The notes under the pieces were generated by a model. It was not told the DNA's origin. It did not search any database and worked only from the letters and a program-made list of their open reading frames with translations. The position numbers and the translations under genes are program-made. Below, piece after piece: positions 1 to 15,178 of a stretch of DNA of 64,000 nucleotides (position 1 is its first letter; each line of letters starts with the position of its first letter). Source of the DNA: Eledone cirrhosa (Eukaryota); NCBI GenBank assembly GCA_964016885.1, contig OZ024745.1, positions 35,836,001 to 35,900,000 on the forward strand, read 5' to 3'.

Positions 1-1065
1 GTTTAATACAAAAATAACGAAGAAAAATCTCAGGTAACAATCTAAAAACATCTCATAACTTTCTTGCTAATGAATATTTATAACTACAAATTCGGCACAA
101 TTCATTTTTTTCCATAATGCAGTTTTATATTATTGTAAGAAAGTGTTAAACAAAAAGTATTAGTAATTGATTTATTTTTAAATACTTTTATTTATGCTCA
201 AAATTATTGAAAATTGTAAACTTGTATTTGAAATAGACTAAACTTAAGCCCAAATATGTTTCGTCATGCTTTGCAATTTCGTGTTCCTAGTGTGAATGTT
301 TCTTGCTGAGATATATAACATCATAAATTTTATACAACAGGCAAAGTCAATTCTACTTGCGAAAAGATTGAGAATCTTATAGATTTTGCAAGCAAACTAT
401 TTTTGTTGAAATCTTATTTATCGATATTGCAACCTTGACTTGCCAGTAGTGAGTATTAATAGCAGTACAACAGCGTGATTCAGAATGAATGTGTAATTCA
501 TTATGTTTATATTTATTATGCTTATATGTAATGATATTAATAGGTACTCATTTTTAACTTGTATCCGTGCTTTTTGTACGTGTGTGGACTCAGTGCGAGT
601 GGACATCCTAACGTTGACGGATATCAAATAAACTGGATAATGGTGAATAGCTAGTCATCGACCTTATGAGAGACTGCACTTGATTAGATGTTATTTGCAA
701 ATAGAATATGATATCACAGTGACCAAAATCTACAGATATATATGGTTTGACTTGTCAATTGAAACAAATCAGACTGGAATGTACTCCTGGACAAATCAGA
801 CTCGAATGTATTCCTCTCAACTAGGAAGACGTATTGTATATATAGGAGAATAAATATTTGACTTACACTTAGTTTTTAAATAGGCTACCGATAAGTTTAT
901 AGGACTACTTATTATTGAAATAAAGATTCATGAGGAAAGTTCAATTTTCCTTTTTTCTATGTGAATAAAGTAATTCGGATAACTCTTAAAAGGGAGAAGT
1001 ACTTGAAATTTATTGTATTTTCTGCATATAATTTTGTACGTTTGCACTCTCTTCATGAAAATAAT

Positions 1066-1245
1066 TGTTTCTACTTTTGGCACAAGGCCAGCAATTAACC
1101 AGTACATTACTGGTACTTTATTATATCGACCCCTTAAGGATGAAAGGCAAAGTTAACCTCGACGGGATTTGAACTCAAACCATAAAGGGACGTAACTATG
1201 CTAGAAAGCATGGCGTCCAACCCTCTACTGATACTGCCAATTCAC
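1066..1245 (-). mobile_element. tRNA-derived SINE, family 1 (octopus-type)
   Basis: Shares tttctac..ttggcacaaggccagcaatt / tactggtact / atcgacccc..aaggatgaaagg..aagttaac / tgaactca with copies at 22549-22735 and 58270-58458; the minus strand has A-box-like tggcagtatcag and B-box-like gagttcaaatcc. Confidence 0.8.
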
Positions 1246-2706
1246 AATGAAATTGGATTATAATCTGAAACCACTAGATCTTTTACCGTCGATAATCCTG
1301 TCATATCGACACAATGACATCAACGTTGGCCATCTTGCTTCTAGTTTTCTATATTTCATAACTCTTCACCTCCCTGTGAACATTTTAGCTTTTTGTTTAT
1401 TATTTACTTTCCAGCGCGTATATTCTACAAAGGAGATATCAATAACCCAGCCTTGTTCGAACTTAATTTCGATTATTCAAATTGCTCACATTGTGTCTAA
1501 TTGCCTCGAGATAATGACAGCACCATTGAATTAAAATCGAAATAATATTGATTCTCAATATCTGGAATAAAGGTATTGTAGAAAAACACTATATAAAAAG
1601 TGAAGTATATATAGATATGTTCATACATTATTTCTCACGTGGCCTATAGATTTTGTATCGCTGAGTTTAATGATTCACCGACAACACCACAAAATCTGAT
1701 GTGTTTCTTCTATGGATACATGTGCTTTCGCTACTTCATTTTAATGAATTGAAGAATAAACCACGAGATAGTGGATGCTAATTGAATGATACTAGAGTTA
1801 AACAATTTGAACTATTGACGCTCAGTTTGATGGGTTATAAATCGTCGAAAAAATTCATGCTGCGTCAAACCTCCTCTACTAAAAACCCAACATTGTGTCA
1901 AAAGAAATTAAAATTCATAGACTATGTATTGGAAACTAAATATACATATGAGCATGTAGGGCATTCTAGAAAAAGCCTAAAGAATATGAGTTATAGATGA
2001 GAATCTGAGGGTGTATATTTTGTTTTGATATAAAAGTACATTGTAGATATCAGCCTAAAGATATGAAATTCTATTCATGTAGATTTTCAGGAGTTAAATA
2101 AAATATTTTCCAATAAATTTTATGTTCCACTGATTTTATTTAATTCTTAAATAAGGTTAATATTAGTTAAATAAAATACATTTCAATATAAATTGATAAT
2201 TATGTTTAAATAAATACATGGAAATTGAATATTTTTGACTGAAATCGTATAAACATTATTGACAACTGCACATGAAATTTATTAGAATGAGGTCGGCAAA
2301 TACTCCTAGTAAACCTCTTTATCCGGATATAATTTCGTAAAGAAACCAGATTCAAGAATGTATGTTTAGATTCTAAGAATTAAAAAGAATAATCTCGAAT
2401 ACTAAAATAAATTCCTCGTATTTTAAAGAATAAAACGAATATGATTAATTGCAAATTAAATTTTTCCAGAAAATTTGACTTTAAATATGAATTCTGCAGT
2501 AAGTTGTTTACTTATGGAACAACTTTTCTTTGATATCTATAATCTACCAGCTTCCATAGTATCTGAAGATTGAAACAGAATCCTTAGAATTTAATATGTA
2601 TGCTTGTATGAAGAAATATATACTTACACATGTATATATATAAATGCATACATATATATGTACACGCACACGCACATACATACACACACACAAACACGCA
2701 CACACG

Positions 2707-2755
<49 letters not shown>

Positions 2756-3395
2756 ATATATATGTATATATATTATAAAGAAAAGGAAAAATCATTGATG
2801 CATCTGGAATTAGTTTATTTCGTGTTACAAATATTCCACCGGCATGTGGCTCGAGACATGGTCATTGTATGGATCTGGCTGATTCTACTTCTGCGGGTTC
2901 TTTCAGACACGGGTATTTCTTCCGGAGCAAATTTTATCACTGGGGTGTTATCATCAAAAAACACCCTCAAAAAACCCTATTTCCACTCTTGTCATGCCAT
3001 TGGCTGTTTTTACTCCACGTCATTACAAGTTCTGGTCAGTATCTGCTGCCACACGGTTCATCAACCATTTTCCGTCCGACACATTTCGATGGAGTCATGC
3101 TGGGTTCAGTACTTCACACGTCTGCTCACACTTCAGAGTAAGCACCCGCACATACTAAAATACAAACATAAACGCACACACATGCCGACACATACCTATT
3201 TATGCATACACACACATACGCATACATGCGCAGACACACACACACCCACATACATACATCGAAGTATATATACACACACACTCTATCCCTCACTTCCACG
3301 GACCCAGTCACACACACTTGTTGATACATATCGCCACAAGCCTTCTGACGGCTGCTTACTTCGCGCCCTGTATCAGTTGGGATAAGCATATCCTA

Positions 3396-4779
<1,384 letters not shown>

Positions 4780-4808
4780 TTATATATATATATGTATATT
4801 TATATATG

Positions 4809-4840
<32 letters not shown>

Positions 4841-4877
4841 AATATATATAAATGTGTATATATATATTTATATATCG

Positions 4878-5205
4878 TAGACTCCCTTCGATCACGAATA
4901 GGCATAGGTTTGTATTTAGAAAGTTCTCCGACGAGGAACAGGCCACGGCCAGGTTTTTTTGTGGAAGACCAGCAGTCGCCCATGCATGCCAGTCTCCTTT
5001 ACCACACCCTCGTTGTTGTCCAAGTGAAAGGCAATGACCGATACAGCTTGGCACCAACGATTTCATAACAGTCTTCTACAGCTTAGTGAACTGGAGCAAC
5101 GTGTAATAAAGTGTTTCTAAAGAACCCAACGCACCACCCATTCCGTGTTTCGAACTCACAAACTTCCGATTGATAGATTAACGCACTAAACACTAAGTCA
5201 CAGCA
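4878..5205 (-). mobile_element. tRNA-derived SINE, family 2
   Basis: Reverse complement of the ctggtatgcatgggcga..gg..ttccacaaaa..gagaactttct block at 51136, 52020 and 57478; head with gtgagttcgaa B-box and a gttctt..aacacttta..ttgctccag core. Confidence 0.75.
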
Positions 5206-8200
5206 CAGTGGGATGACGCTCAGAAACACTTTATTATGTAATGTGTCTACCACATTACATAATGGGTTTCACGAAATGTTTAGACTTCGGCGACTTGAAT
5301 CCTTGAAATGAAAAGACCTTTAAGCATATAAAAGTCAATTTTATCTTCAACAACAAAAATACTGACTAACACTGTGAGATGAAAGATAATTTATTAGGAT
5401 CATAGAAATGTAATTAAAATATTTATAATTAAAATGCAGTGTAGATGCTATAAATTTTGTAATTAATTTCTGAAATTTGTAGTAGTTAAAATTATAAGTT
5501 TCTCACACGAGTCTGAAGTAACATGTAGATATGTGGAGACCATCATTAGATCTTATATAACACCATAAAACTAAATACTAATGAAATGCAATTTCAGATT
5601 ATATTAAAATTATTTGACTGATTTAAAGTTTTGCATAAGGATATTTCATTTGATTATACTACCCTCAGTGGTTAACCTAATAATTATTTAATGGAACACT
5701 ATTAGTTATCTATGTTCTCTTTCGTGTAATTGTACATATATCCGTATCTATATACCTGAAGGTAATTTTGTCGACGCACCATTTTACATCTATAAAATAC
5801 ATTCTTGTGTGGACATATATCCGTTTACCATACTAACAAATGATATGTGTATTGGAACATCTCGTTCCCTGTTGCCGTTAGATTTAGAGAGTTTAGAAAG
5901 CATTTTGCTATATATTGGTCCATTTGTTGGGAAAGATGAAGAATACTTTCTAAATATACTTAAGTATATTTAAAACAACAAGCGAAACTAATGTCTACGG
6001 GGAATACTGAAATAAGACAGGCTTACGTACATAAATGTGTGTCTTCACACACACGTCTAGCAACGTCAATATTAAATGAGGTTTCTGTAAAATACGAATG
6101 TATAACTTATTTCAGATGCTTAACGCAGAAATGTATTCATAATTTAATAAGCAATACTTACACGCTCTAATAATATGCAAAATGTTGCATCCAGATTATT
6201 CTTACAGTTATATTTGATAGGTTTATGTAGCATTTGGTTTTATATCAATCCGTAGATTGTAGACACGTTCCAGGGCGGTTATTCTTAACATCAGCAATTT
6301 ATTTGCTCATGTCTATATGGACATCCAATAACTAAGCTGCTCTCTACGTATATAAATCAGTCGTATCCTAAATGATAGACCCAATGCAGAAAGTACTAAC
6401 GGAACTTTCTCTGGGCAATGCGCTATCAACTCAGTATGCCTGATATGCCAGCCATCATGTCTGTAGCCACATTCCTATAAATTAACGGCACATTTACTAT
6501 CGAAAACTGCTATGCTGATCATGTTCCCTTCTTCCTAAAATCCCACAGCCATTCTTGGATACTGTATCCGACTCCTGCTAGACTATGCACTTACTATTGT
6601 GGAAACGCTTGGTCACCAGGATTTCATCCCATTGGAAACCCATTTCCACCATCATTTTGTATGATGATATCAATTTAAAGATGTTTAATTTAAACAACAT
6701 CAGCGAAGGTCATGGTTACAGATCTTTCCTGATGACTAACCACTATATAAATATATTTGCAGTGTTTCTATATATATTTAATGACGTTTTCTATAATATT
6801 GACTAGATTTTATTGAAGATCTTTCTTGATATATCCAACAATTAATTAGTGAACAAATATTTTATTGGTAAATACAAAAGTTGTCTTCCATAGATTCTCC
6901 CTTTTAATTAGATAATTTTCATTATATCTTCTCTTTTGGCTATCTGATATCTTACGATCACTGAACTCTCATCACCTTTTCATTTCAATTTATTTATATA
7001 CTTTTCTCCTCCCATAGCTTTATTGATTTCTATATTGTCTTTAATTCTTCATGCATTATTTTCCACAGTCTTTCATTGTTCTTTTCTACGAACCTTTATA
7101 TTAATTACTTTGCAATCTATCTGTTTATCTCTTAAACAATTATTTATTTTCAACAGCATGGATTATCCAAGAAACGGTAGATTAATTTTCTCTGACGCAA
7201 ATAACTAATAGACAAACTTAAGGCAGAAAAAATCAAAATCAAAATATTTAATGATAAGTAACAGAATTCTCGAACACGATATCCAAATATATGATACAAG
7301 CATATCCATACAAAATAGTAAAGCAGACAACGTTATATGGATATTAAAATTAAACATTAACAATATCACCTTATAACATCGAAGCTTTACTTGATCCCAG
7401 CACAAGGTATGACAGGTGGAATTTTGTGAAGCCTTGCTACAACGTATAGGGAGAAGAAACTTGGAGGAGCATGTATATATGCTTGTTTCAAGATATTGAT
7501 GATCAGATGAGCTCTTCTGAAATGGCATCTGTCCTCATTCCATACCAGCTTGGAATGACAGTGTGAGTGTTGCAAAATGATCAATGCAACTGAATCATTT
7601 CAGTACCATACACAGTTCTATGCACGAGACTGTGTGGAAGGGGTTTTCGAGACCATAGAATACAAGCAAGGGCGGTTTCCATTATAATAGGTGACTTTTG
7701 ACCAGGATGTTAGGCAGCAGGATTGAACACAGAACTAAATGCCTGCGAAGCAACCTCCTTATCCCCTCCCATATATATATAGATTTATAATTTGTATATC
7801 TTGTTCTGTTTAGAAAATGTGATCTCGACAAGATCAAACTGCGCTTTTTTTTCGTTTATATTCATGCTCCGCTTTCTGTTACGTGGGCACTATGCCTGAT
7901 GGCCTGTGCTGACTTGCATGATAACTTGGCAACGTTCGTTTACATGTTCCCTCTGCTATGCTTGCGCTGTACCTGAGGGCCAGCGATCCATTTGTAACAC
8001 AACCCGATTGTTCGTTCTGATGCTCTATCTGCTACGTGTACCATCTGCCTGATGTTCAGAGCTCGCTTGTATAATGGCCCGGCACCGTTCGGTCTCATGC
8101 TACGTCTGCTACTTGTGCGATATGCATGTGAGCCAGTGCTGGCTTGTATCGTTCCCGACAGTTCGTTCTAGAGCTCGTTCTTCAACTACGCCTGCTGTCT

Positions 8201-8457
8201 TCCTATGTCTCAGGGTTTCTCATGCATTGCGCATGATTGATTGTTCTCGTGTTCCTTCTAACACGGATGCACTGGAAATGCCCACTGGCATCTATTCCCA
8301 GTGTTCCTTCTCGGCGGCTTTACGCCTGACATACAGTGGCACTATTCACTTAGATTGACTCCGACCGTTCTGTCTCTGCACCGCTTGCATGTGTATATTT
8401 AAGATTTTCAGCGTAACACGTGTTACGTCTGATAAGAATAACAATTCGTCACATGGG

Positions 8458-8538
<81 letters not shown>

Positions 8539-8695
8539 CTCTCTCTAGCTCTCTCTCCCCCCTCTCTTTCTCATTAAATATATACCCACTCACGCTCACA
8601 AACACACTCATGACTATATATATATAATAATAAGTTGACGGACGCGGCGTATTTAACAATGCCATATATATACATATATATACATATATAGACTC

Positions 8696-8743
<48 letters not shown>

Positions 8744-8750
8744 GAGTGTA

Positions 8751-8818
<68 letters not shown>

Positions 8819-10104
8819 TTTACATCTATACGTATATATACACTTATGTAAACATACATACACCCACACACACAAACACATACACCGACACACCCACCTA
8901 TATATATATATCAGCATCATCATCATCATCATCATCTTCGTTTAATAAATATATATATATATGAACTTATCCCAATGTATAAGAGTCTATTTTTAGGTGT
9001 CAGTGGATGATACTTTGTGTTCGTGTTTGTGTATGTGGACGTGAGCTGTGCTTTTTTTTATAAATCCAGCGATATAGTACTGAATCGATAATATCAGATA
9101 ACTGAACTGAACTAAAGCTATATACATTGCTGTACACACAAATCTTCCTTTATTGTTATATACGTCATCATTTTATATTATATATATATATATATATGTG
9201 TGTGTCTGTGTTTGTTTGTGTGTGTCTCTGTGTGTGTGTTTGTCGGTGTGTGTGTACGTGTCTATGTGTGTGTGTGCACGTTTGTAAGTATGCGTGTGTT
9301 ACACTATGCATCTATTTGCATATCGATCATCTAATTTATTTATCCGAACACGCTTGGATATATTCATATTTATTAAATTGTGTACACCCACCCACACACA
9401 CACACACACACGCGCGCAAACCCACACTCAAATTCATATATATATATATATTTATATATCCTTGTTAAAGTCTTTGTGTATTTGCGCGTGTGCGTGTTGT
9501 CTATGTTGTGTTGTTTATCTTCTGTCTGCTTCTATATATGTATGCACATATAGACAACCAATCCAGAGGATACGTGCGTATTACGTTGTTTGGTATATGA
9601 CCTATTCCATCTCAGTTTCTTAAAATATTCCAGTAACCATGCAGCGAGAGGCAGAGCTAAGTCTAAATGAATAGAATGGGCGGCACTTGTAGACTTCACC
9701 AATCGGAGGTGAGACTAAATTAGAAAGGATATTCTGAGTAGTGACGCTGATATTAACGATTGCCAAAATGGCTGCGTTATCAGGAGCAGAGGTCAAATGA
9801 AACAAACAGTAAGAATTATGAATGTGTAATATCCGAGTCAAAATTGTAGCACATCACTTTCTGTGTGAAATACTTTAATGCTAAATACTTGCCAAGTGTA
9901 AAAACTGTTGTTCTTCTTGAAATATTATTTGTAACGGGTTAATGAAGGATATTAAATATTATTCCAATTTTCTGGACGGTTTCCATGAAGTCAAAGAATT
10001 GCTAGCTTATATTATCTCTGATGAAAAAGGAAACATTTTAGAAATATTTTTATTTCTGCGAAGTTTGGCTTGAAATGAAAACGAAAATTGTTTAAAAAAC
10101 AAAT

Positions 10105-10210
10105 CAGAATCGTTGCATCTCTTAACGCGTTCAGTTCAAATCTTGCTGAAGCAGATTTTCAAGGCAGTGCCCCAGCATGGCCTCCGTTTAAATAATTAAA
10201 CCAGTAAAAG
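10105..10210 (+). mobile_element. Degenerate SINE fragment
   Basis: gttcagttcaaatc B-box-like motif followed by a caaggcagtgccccagcatggcc..ccagtaaaag tail that I recall from octopus SINEs. Confidence 0.45.
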
Positions 10211-10823
10211 TGTAAACATGTTTCTCGACAATTTCCACGAAGTAAAAAAAAAAAATGCTAACTTATTATCTCTCTTAGATAAAATATAAACATTAGAAAT
10301 ATTTTTATTTCTTCATACTTCTGCTTATATTCTAAATGAAAGGTGTTTAAGAGACAGTGAATTGGTTGGATCGTTATAGCCTCTCATAATAAGCTGTAGT
10401 AGGATTTGTTCCGGCTCTCCGATCTTTTAGATCAAAACCGCAACAAGGCCGCAAAGTAATGGATACAACTAGTAAAAGAATATGAGAATAAAATACTATG
10501 AGATAAATAGAGGCGAAATATGATTTACTAATGGTATTTTGAAGAGAGGAATATATCAAATTCGATGATCTGAAAAGGGGATTCCAATTAGGACAAAATT
10601 GATTTCCATAACATAACTGAATGTGGTGATTCCTTTTGATTCTTTCAATTGAATGTTCGAGCATTCTAACAAAGTGGTCGTGCAAGACGAGAACACAAGA
10701 TATGGTCCGCTAAAGAAAAAGAGGTTTCGATGAAAATAATTATAAATGAGAAGGTGCTGTGTATATTGTTCCATACCGTAATAGCTTTTGAGTGATACAT
10801 CCAACAATTTAGATATTTGAGTG

Positions 10824-10856
<33 letters not shown>

Positions 10857-10896
10857 CTTTACACACACACACTCACAGAAACACACACACACACAG

Positions 10897-11003
<107 letters not shown>

Positions 11004-11769
11004 AAGATAGATAGGTTAGAGATATAGAGATAAGCGGGTACATGTGTATCAGGCTAAGTAGTTATCACACAGGAGAACTGACCAAATACTTGAAACAGAT
11101 TCCTTAAAGGACATACAATTGTAGTGTTAGTAATCAATGCGTCGAATTACTTCCACCACTAAAAGACACAAACACACACAAACACACACACTCACACACA
11201 CTGAGTAAAATTATCTAGTTTGACCCACCCCCTATTCGTTTCTATTAAGACTAACTTAGGTAAGAAGTTCTGATATCTAATTTATATACATCCCCTCTCC
11301 ATATCATAGATTCAGTAAAATATTGAATTGAAATTCTGTGAAGACATCCTGCGTCCCTTCTACGAAATCAAAACTTATTGCCGAGAATAAACCAACTTAA
11401 ATCCAAGTTGTTTTTGTAGGATTAAAGAGAACTGCTTCTTGCAACAAAAAGTGAAATATAAAATCCATCGCATATGAGGCACAGAGTATGCATTCCACCA
11501 AGGAAAATTCTGAGTCAAGCGAAAGATATGGGGTTATGGTGCAAGATCGATTTAAACAAGGATTCTACTCGCATCCCTACTCTTTTCGAAATCCAAGCGT
11601 GAGAAATGCATTATTTTTTTATTTGTTTTAACACGCACGTATTTTTTGTTTGACTGTGTGTACGTGAGTATGTGAATGCACCCGAGCCTGTGTTTATACG
11701 TGTGTACGCGCAATGGTGTACGTTAGCGGACAGATACACGTATGTATATTATGCTGAAATAAGAATTGT

Positions 11770-12200
11770 AATTCTTTACACTTCTGGATTCTGACAAACA
11801 GTTTTTTTTATTGGTTTTAAAACACACGCATTTTTTTGTTTGACATTCCCCACTATAAAACAAAGTGGCAAGGGAGATGCCATTCTGCAGACTCAAATTT
11901 TCCCTCTCATAACAGCTGATGGCTGACCTGCTAACACCACTACCACTACCGCCACGGTAAAGTAGGTCAGCTGGACTTGAAAATACTGATGGAAGCAACT
12001 ATAACAGGCTGACCTGTTTCTGAAAAATTTCAATAGACTTTCGGCGGGGAAGTGGTATGCCAGCTGACCAATGAGGTTGGAGCATATCCTCTGACGCTAA
12101 AATTCGTTTGTTTTTGCCCATATGATTCCACTTCCTTTGAGGACTAACAACACACCCAGAAGCTGGACGTATCGATGAATTAACAGGGTAGAACACATTA
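11770..12200 (-). pseudogene. Possible remnant of a Ginger/KRBA2-like integrase transposase C-terminus
   Basis: In-frame ORFs 11999-12196 and 11723-11998 are separated by one stop and end in GECQTKKCVCFKTNKKNC, resembling the CxTxxCxCxK Cys cluster of KRBA2/SCAND3-like transposases. Recalled motif only. Confidence 0.35.
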
Positions 12201-12387
12201 TAACACCATGTTTACCTTTTTGTCTACATTAATTCTTACTGTCTCATGAGGTCAAAGCCAATAATAGCTGTCACTGAAGTATATATAGCAGCGAATTAGA
12301 ATAAATGAAGCCAACTTTAACATGTTTGACTTACACATATTATTTTATATATATATATAGGTTTACATATACATACACTAGACAGAG

Positions 12388-13129
12388 CCATAGATATATA
12401 TATATGTTTTTGGCAACCATTCACGGTGGGGCTCAATGACGAATTAATTAATTAAATAATCATCAATCAGAACAATATATATATAAAGTAAGTCCATAGA
12501 ATCATTTGATGAAATATATACTGTATTTCTTCTCCCAATCAGCATAATCAACCACATAAAAAATCAATTAAACGAGGCTATAAGTTTAAAATGTACCTAT
12601 GAAGAAACAATACATAATAAATGATAGCTATTTTATCCGCGTTCCACAGCCACAGAAGATTTACCTAGTATTTCTAATAGCCCGTAGAAATTGACTAGAC
12701 ATATAGATAACCATACACAATTAGGTACAAAATCAAAGTTAGAAGAAAAAATGTACATAAACATACCAAAACCATGTTTCTACCCCCGTTAGGCACCAAT
12801 CACAAGCTTTCTGACTTAACCACTGGCCATGTGACAATTCTTAGCCATTTTGAATTCGTTTCTGGCAGGGATCATTTAGGAAAAATCTTTGTCCAATTGA
12901 GTTTGTTTCCTGATGATTTCGAAACTCGTTGATTTATCCATGATCGGATATTTCCAAAAAGCGAATGAAACTCGGGTGGTAGATCCCGTTAACGGTGAAA
13001 GCAGCGATTCTTTGCTTAAACTTTAATCTGTTATTTTAATAAATATTTGCCCTACGCTTCTTAAATATTTGATATATATTTATCCTTATCGAGCCCTCTT
13101 TGGATTTTAGTCTTCAAATTTATTATTAT

Positions 13130-13130
<1 letters not shown>
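12388..13130 (-). mobile_element. TA-flanked repeat, same family as the hairpin at 18043-18800
   Basis: 12480-12770 aligns directly with 18045-18335, 12390-12480 is the reverse complement of ~18705-18790, and 12880-12975 aligns with 18372-18468. Confidence 0.75.
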
Positions 13131-13204
<74 letters not shown>

Positions 13205-13208
<4 letters not shown>

Positions 13209-13765
13209 AGACGTAAAATAAGAAAATTATAAAATTAACTTACTTACTAAAATATCACTTCCAACTAATTAGTTTCTGGAATGGAGTAAATATGGTACGG
13301 TTGTAGGCAGGCCGCTGTCTTATTAGCAGACCACTTTCCACTGATTGACCTCGATGTCACGTGTTCGATTCTTTTTGAATTTGCCACAGATAGTGATTTT
13401 TTCAATTGCTTGGAATTCAGTCCACGCTTTGCTATTTCCTATCCACTGAATTATTTTTTAATAAGTTTCCAGTGTCCTCGCTTTGCATGGAAACCTACAT
13501 GAGAATAGACATTCCTGACGACGGAATGCTTCTCTATATTATTCTTCGGAAAATATATTTACTCCATTCCAGAAACTAATTAGTTGGAAGTGATATTTTA
13601 GTAAGTAAGTTAATTTTATAATTTTCTTATTTTACGTCTCTTATATTATTGTTCTGCAACCCCATGCATTGAACCACACTGTTATTAAGACAAAACCTAT
13701 ATATTTGCTAGCATTGATATGCATCTGTATGTATATATATGTTACTAGATATGAATTCTTTATTA
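13205..13765 (+). mobile_element. Asymmetric fold-back PLE-type terminus with HHR
   Basis: Perfect ~88 bp inverted repeat 13205-13292 vs 13555-13642; the right arm continues to TA near 13765 and the left arm abuts (TA)n. Confidence 0.8.
13512..13589 (+). ncRNA. Type I hammerhead ribozyme
   Basis: TTC-CTGACGA-cGGAATG...CATTCCa-GAAA-CTAATTAG-TT^GGAA: core boxes, 6-bp stem II, palindromic stem III (AACTAATTAGTT) and a short stem I. Confidence 0.7.
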
Positions 13766-13860
13766 TATATATATAGAAAGGATAAAAAGGACGATTGATT
13801 ATTCCTTCATTGCATTTATTGATAGGTGACGCACGTTTCGCCACTGATCAGCTCAAGGTT

Positions 13861-13929
<69 letters not shown>

Positions 13930-14008
13930 GTGGTAGAACACTGGAAGGTAATATACGTAGTAGGACGAGTTAGGTAGAAGTGGTTACACAACAGTTAGTT
14001 CACCATAC

Positions 14009-14046
14009 CGAGAACAATTGTTTCACCTTAGCGGATCCTCAGCTCG
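14009..14046 (-). ncRNA. Minimal type I hammerhead ribozyme (mutated twin at 15313-15349 +)
   Basis: Minus strand reads CGAG-CTGAGGA-tCCgctaaGGt-GAAA-CAATTG-TT^CTCG; the plus copy has CTGAGTA and GACA substitutions. Confidence 0.8.
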
Positions 14047-14338
14047 TAATGGACATGGTTATACGGCACAGGAAGGGCAACCGTACGAACGTACATGCGC
14101 AGAAACGGTCAGTTCCCTCAGGCAATACTAAATTGCGTGCGAGAGGTGTAAGGGAGATAACTGCAAAAGTCAGAAAGTTTCTAGTTTATAAGAACATTAG
14201 GATGATGTTGTAGTTCAATCCGGAGCTTTGTAGTTATGTAAGAGGTGTTTCCATACTTGTGGACAACGTGTGAAGAATTCAAATCTTGAGTTTAGGCAAT
14301 CGCTATTGCGTAATCTCTTTAGAATATTTATTCGTTCA

Positions 14339-14635
14339 TCAATACATAGTCCACACGGCGGATTGCCCCTTGTGTATGGCTTTCCATTGAATGGAGTAGT
14401 CTATACTTGAGTACTTGAGGGACCATACGTGGCTCGCGAGTTTTGTGGATAAACGTCTGTCCGGGTACTTAAAGGTCAAATTGTGGTTCAGGAAGCGTTC
14501 CTTAAATCGGCCCTCCGCCATACCAACATAGGAAATGACCTCCTGTGGTTGATTTGGTCGGTTGAAAGTGACCACAGCTTCATAAACTACAGCGGGTGTG
14601 TTGCATTGCTGTAGCTAACAGCGGCTTCTCGCAAC
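14339..14635 (-). pseudogene. PLE GIY-YIG endonuclease fragment (inverted copy)
   Basis: SYVGMAEGRFKERFLNH..TFKYPDRRLSTKLASHVWSLK..IQWKAI, near-identical to ORF 14858-15178. Confidence 0.88.
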
Positions 14636-14644
14636 CTATCATTT

Positions 14645-15178
14645 AGTCTCCCACTAACATTAACAGCAATAAGAAAACAAAGCGTAAGAATAGACAAACT
14701 ATCTGGTTCTCTCCTCCCTTCTCACTCAGCCTTAAAACCTATGTACGCAAAAAATATTTAGCCCTCTTAGATAGACACTTTCCCATAGGTCATAAATACC
14801 GCTCCATCTTTAACCGACACAAAGTAAATCTAGGATACTCCTGCGCTAAGAACATGAATGCCTAAGAGCAACACCCAACCAGGGTGCTCTTGCCGTAAGC
14901 CCGAAGATTGTCCCCTTCAACAGCAATACAACACACCCGCTATAGTTTATGAAGCTGTGTTCACTTCCAACCGACCAAATCAACCACAGGAGGTCAAATC
15001 CTATGTGGGGATGGCGGAGGGCCGATTTAAGGAACGCTTCCTGAACCACCAGTCGACCTTTAGGTACCCGGACAGACGTTCATCCACGAAACTCGCGAGC
15101 CACGTATGGTCCCTCAAGGACTCAAGTATAGACTACTCCATTCAATGGAAAGCCATCACTATGTCCAAGCCAAACTAG
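14645..15178 (+). pseudogene. PLE linker plus GIY-YIG endonuclease fragment (possibly Nematis-like)
   Basis: Manual translation of 14668-14856 gives RQTIWFSPPFSLSLKTYVRKKYLALLDRHFPIGHKYRSIFNRHKVNLGYSCAKNM, followed by CSCRKPEDCPL..IVYEA..SYVGMAEGRFKERFLNH..STKLASHVWSLK. Frameshifted and internally deleted. Confidence 0.9.

Noticed and set aside
6230-7200. Possible decayed LINE or transposon coding sequence
   Set aside because: No motif could be read convincingly.
10374-10807. Overlapping hydrophobic minus-strand ORFs suggesting a receptor pseudogene
   Set aside because: No family motif; hydrophobicity is expected from AT-rich codons.
12908-12935. CTGATGAtttcGAAACtcGTT hammerhead-like string
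   Set aside because: Stems I and II are lacking, and it is not conserved in the paralogous copy near 18400.
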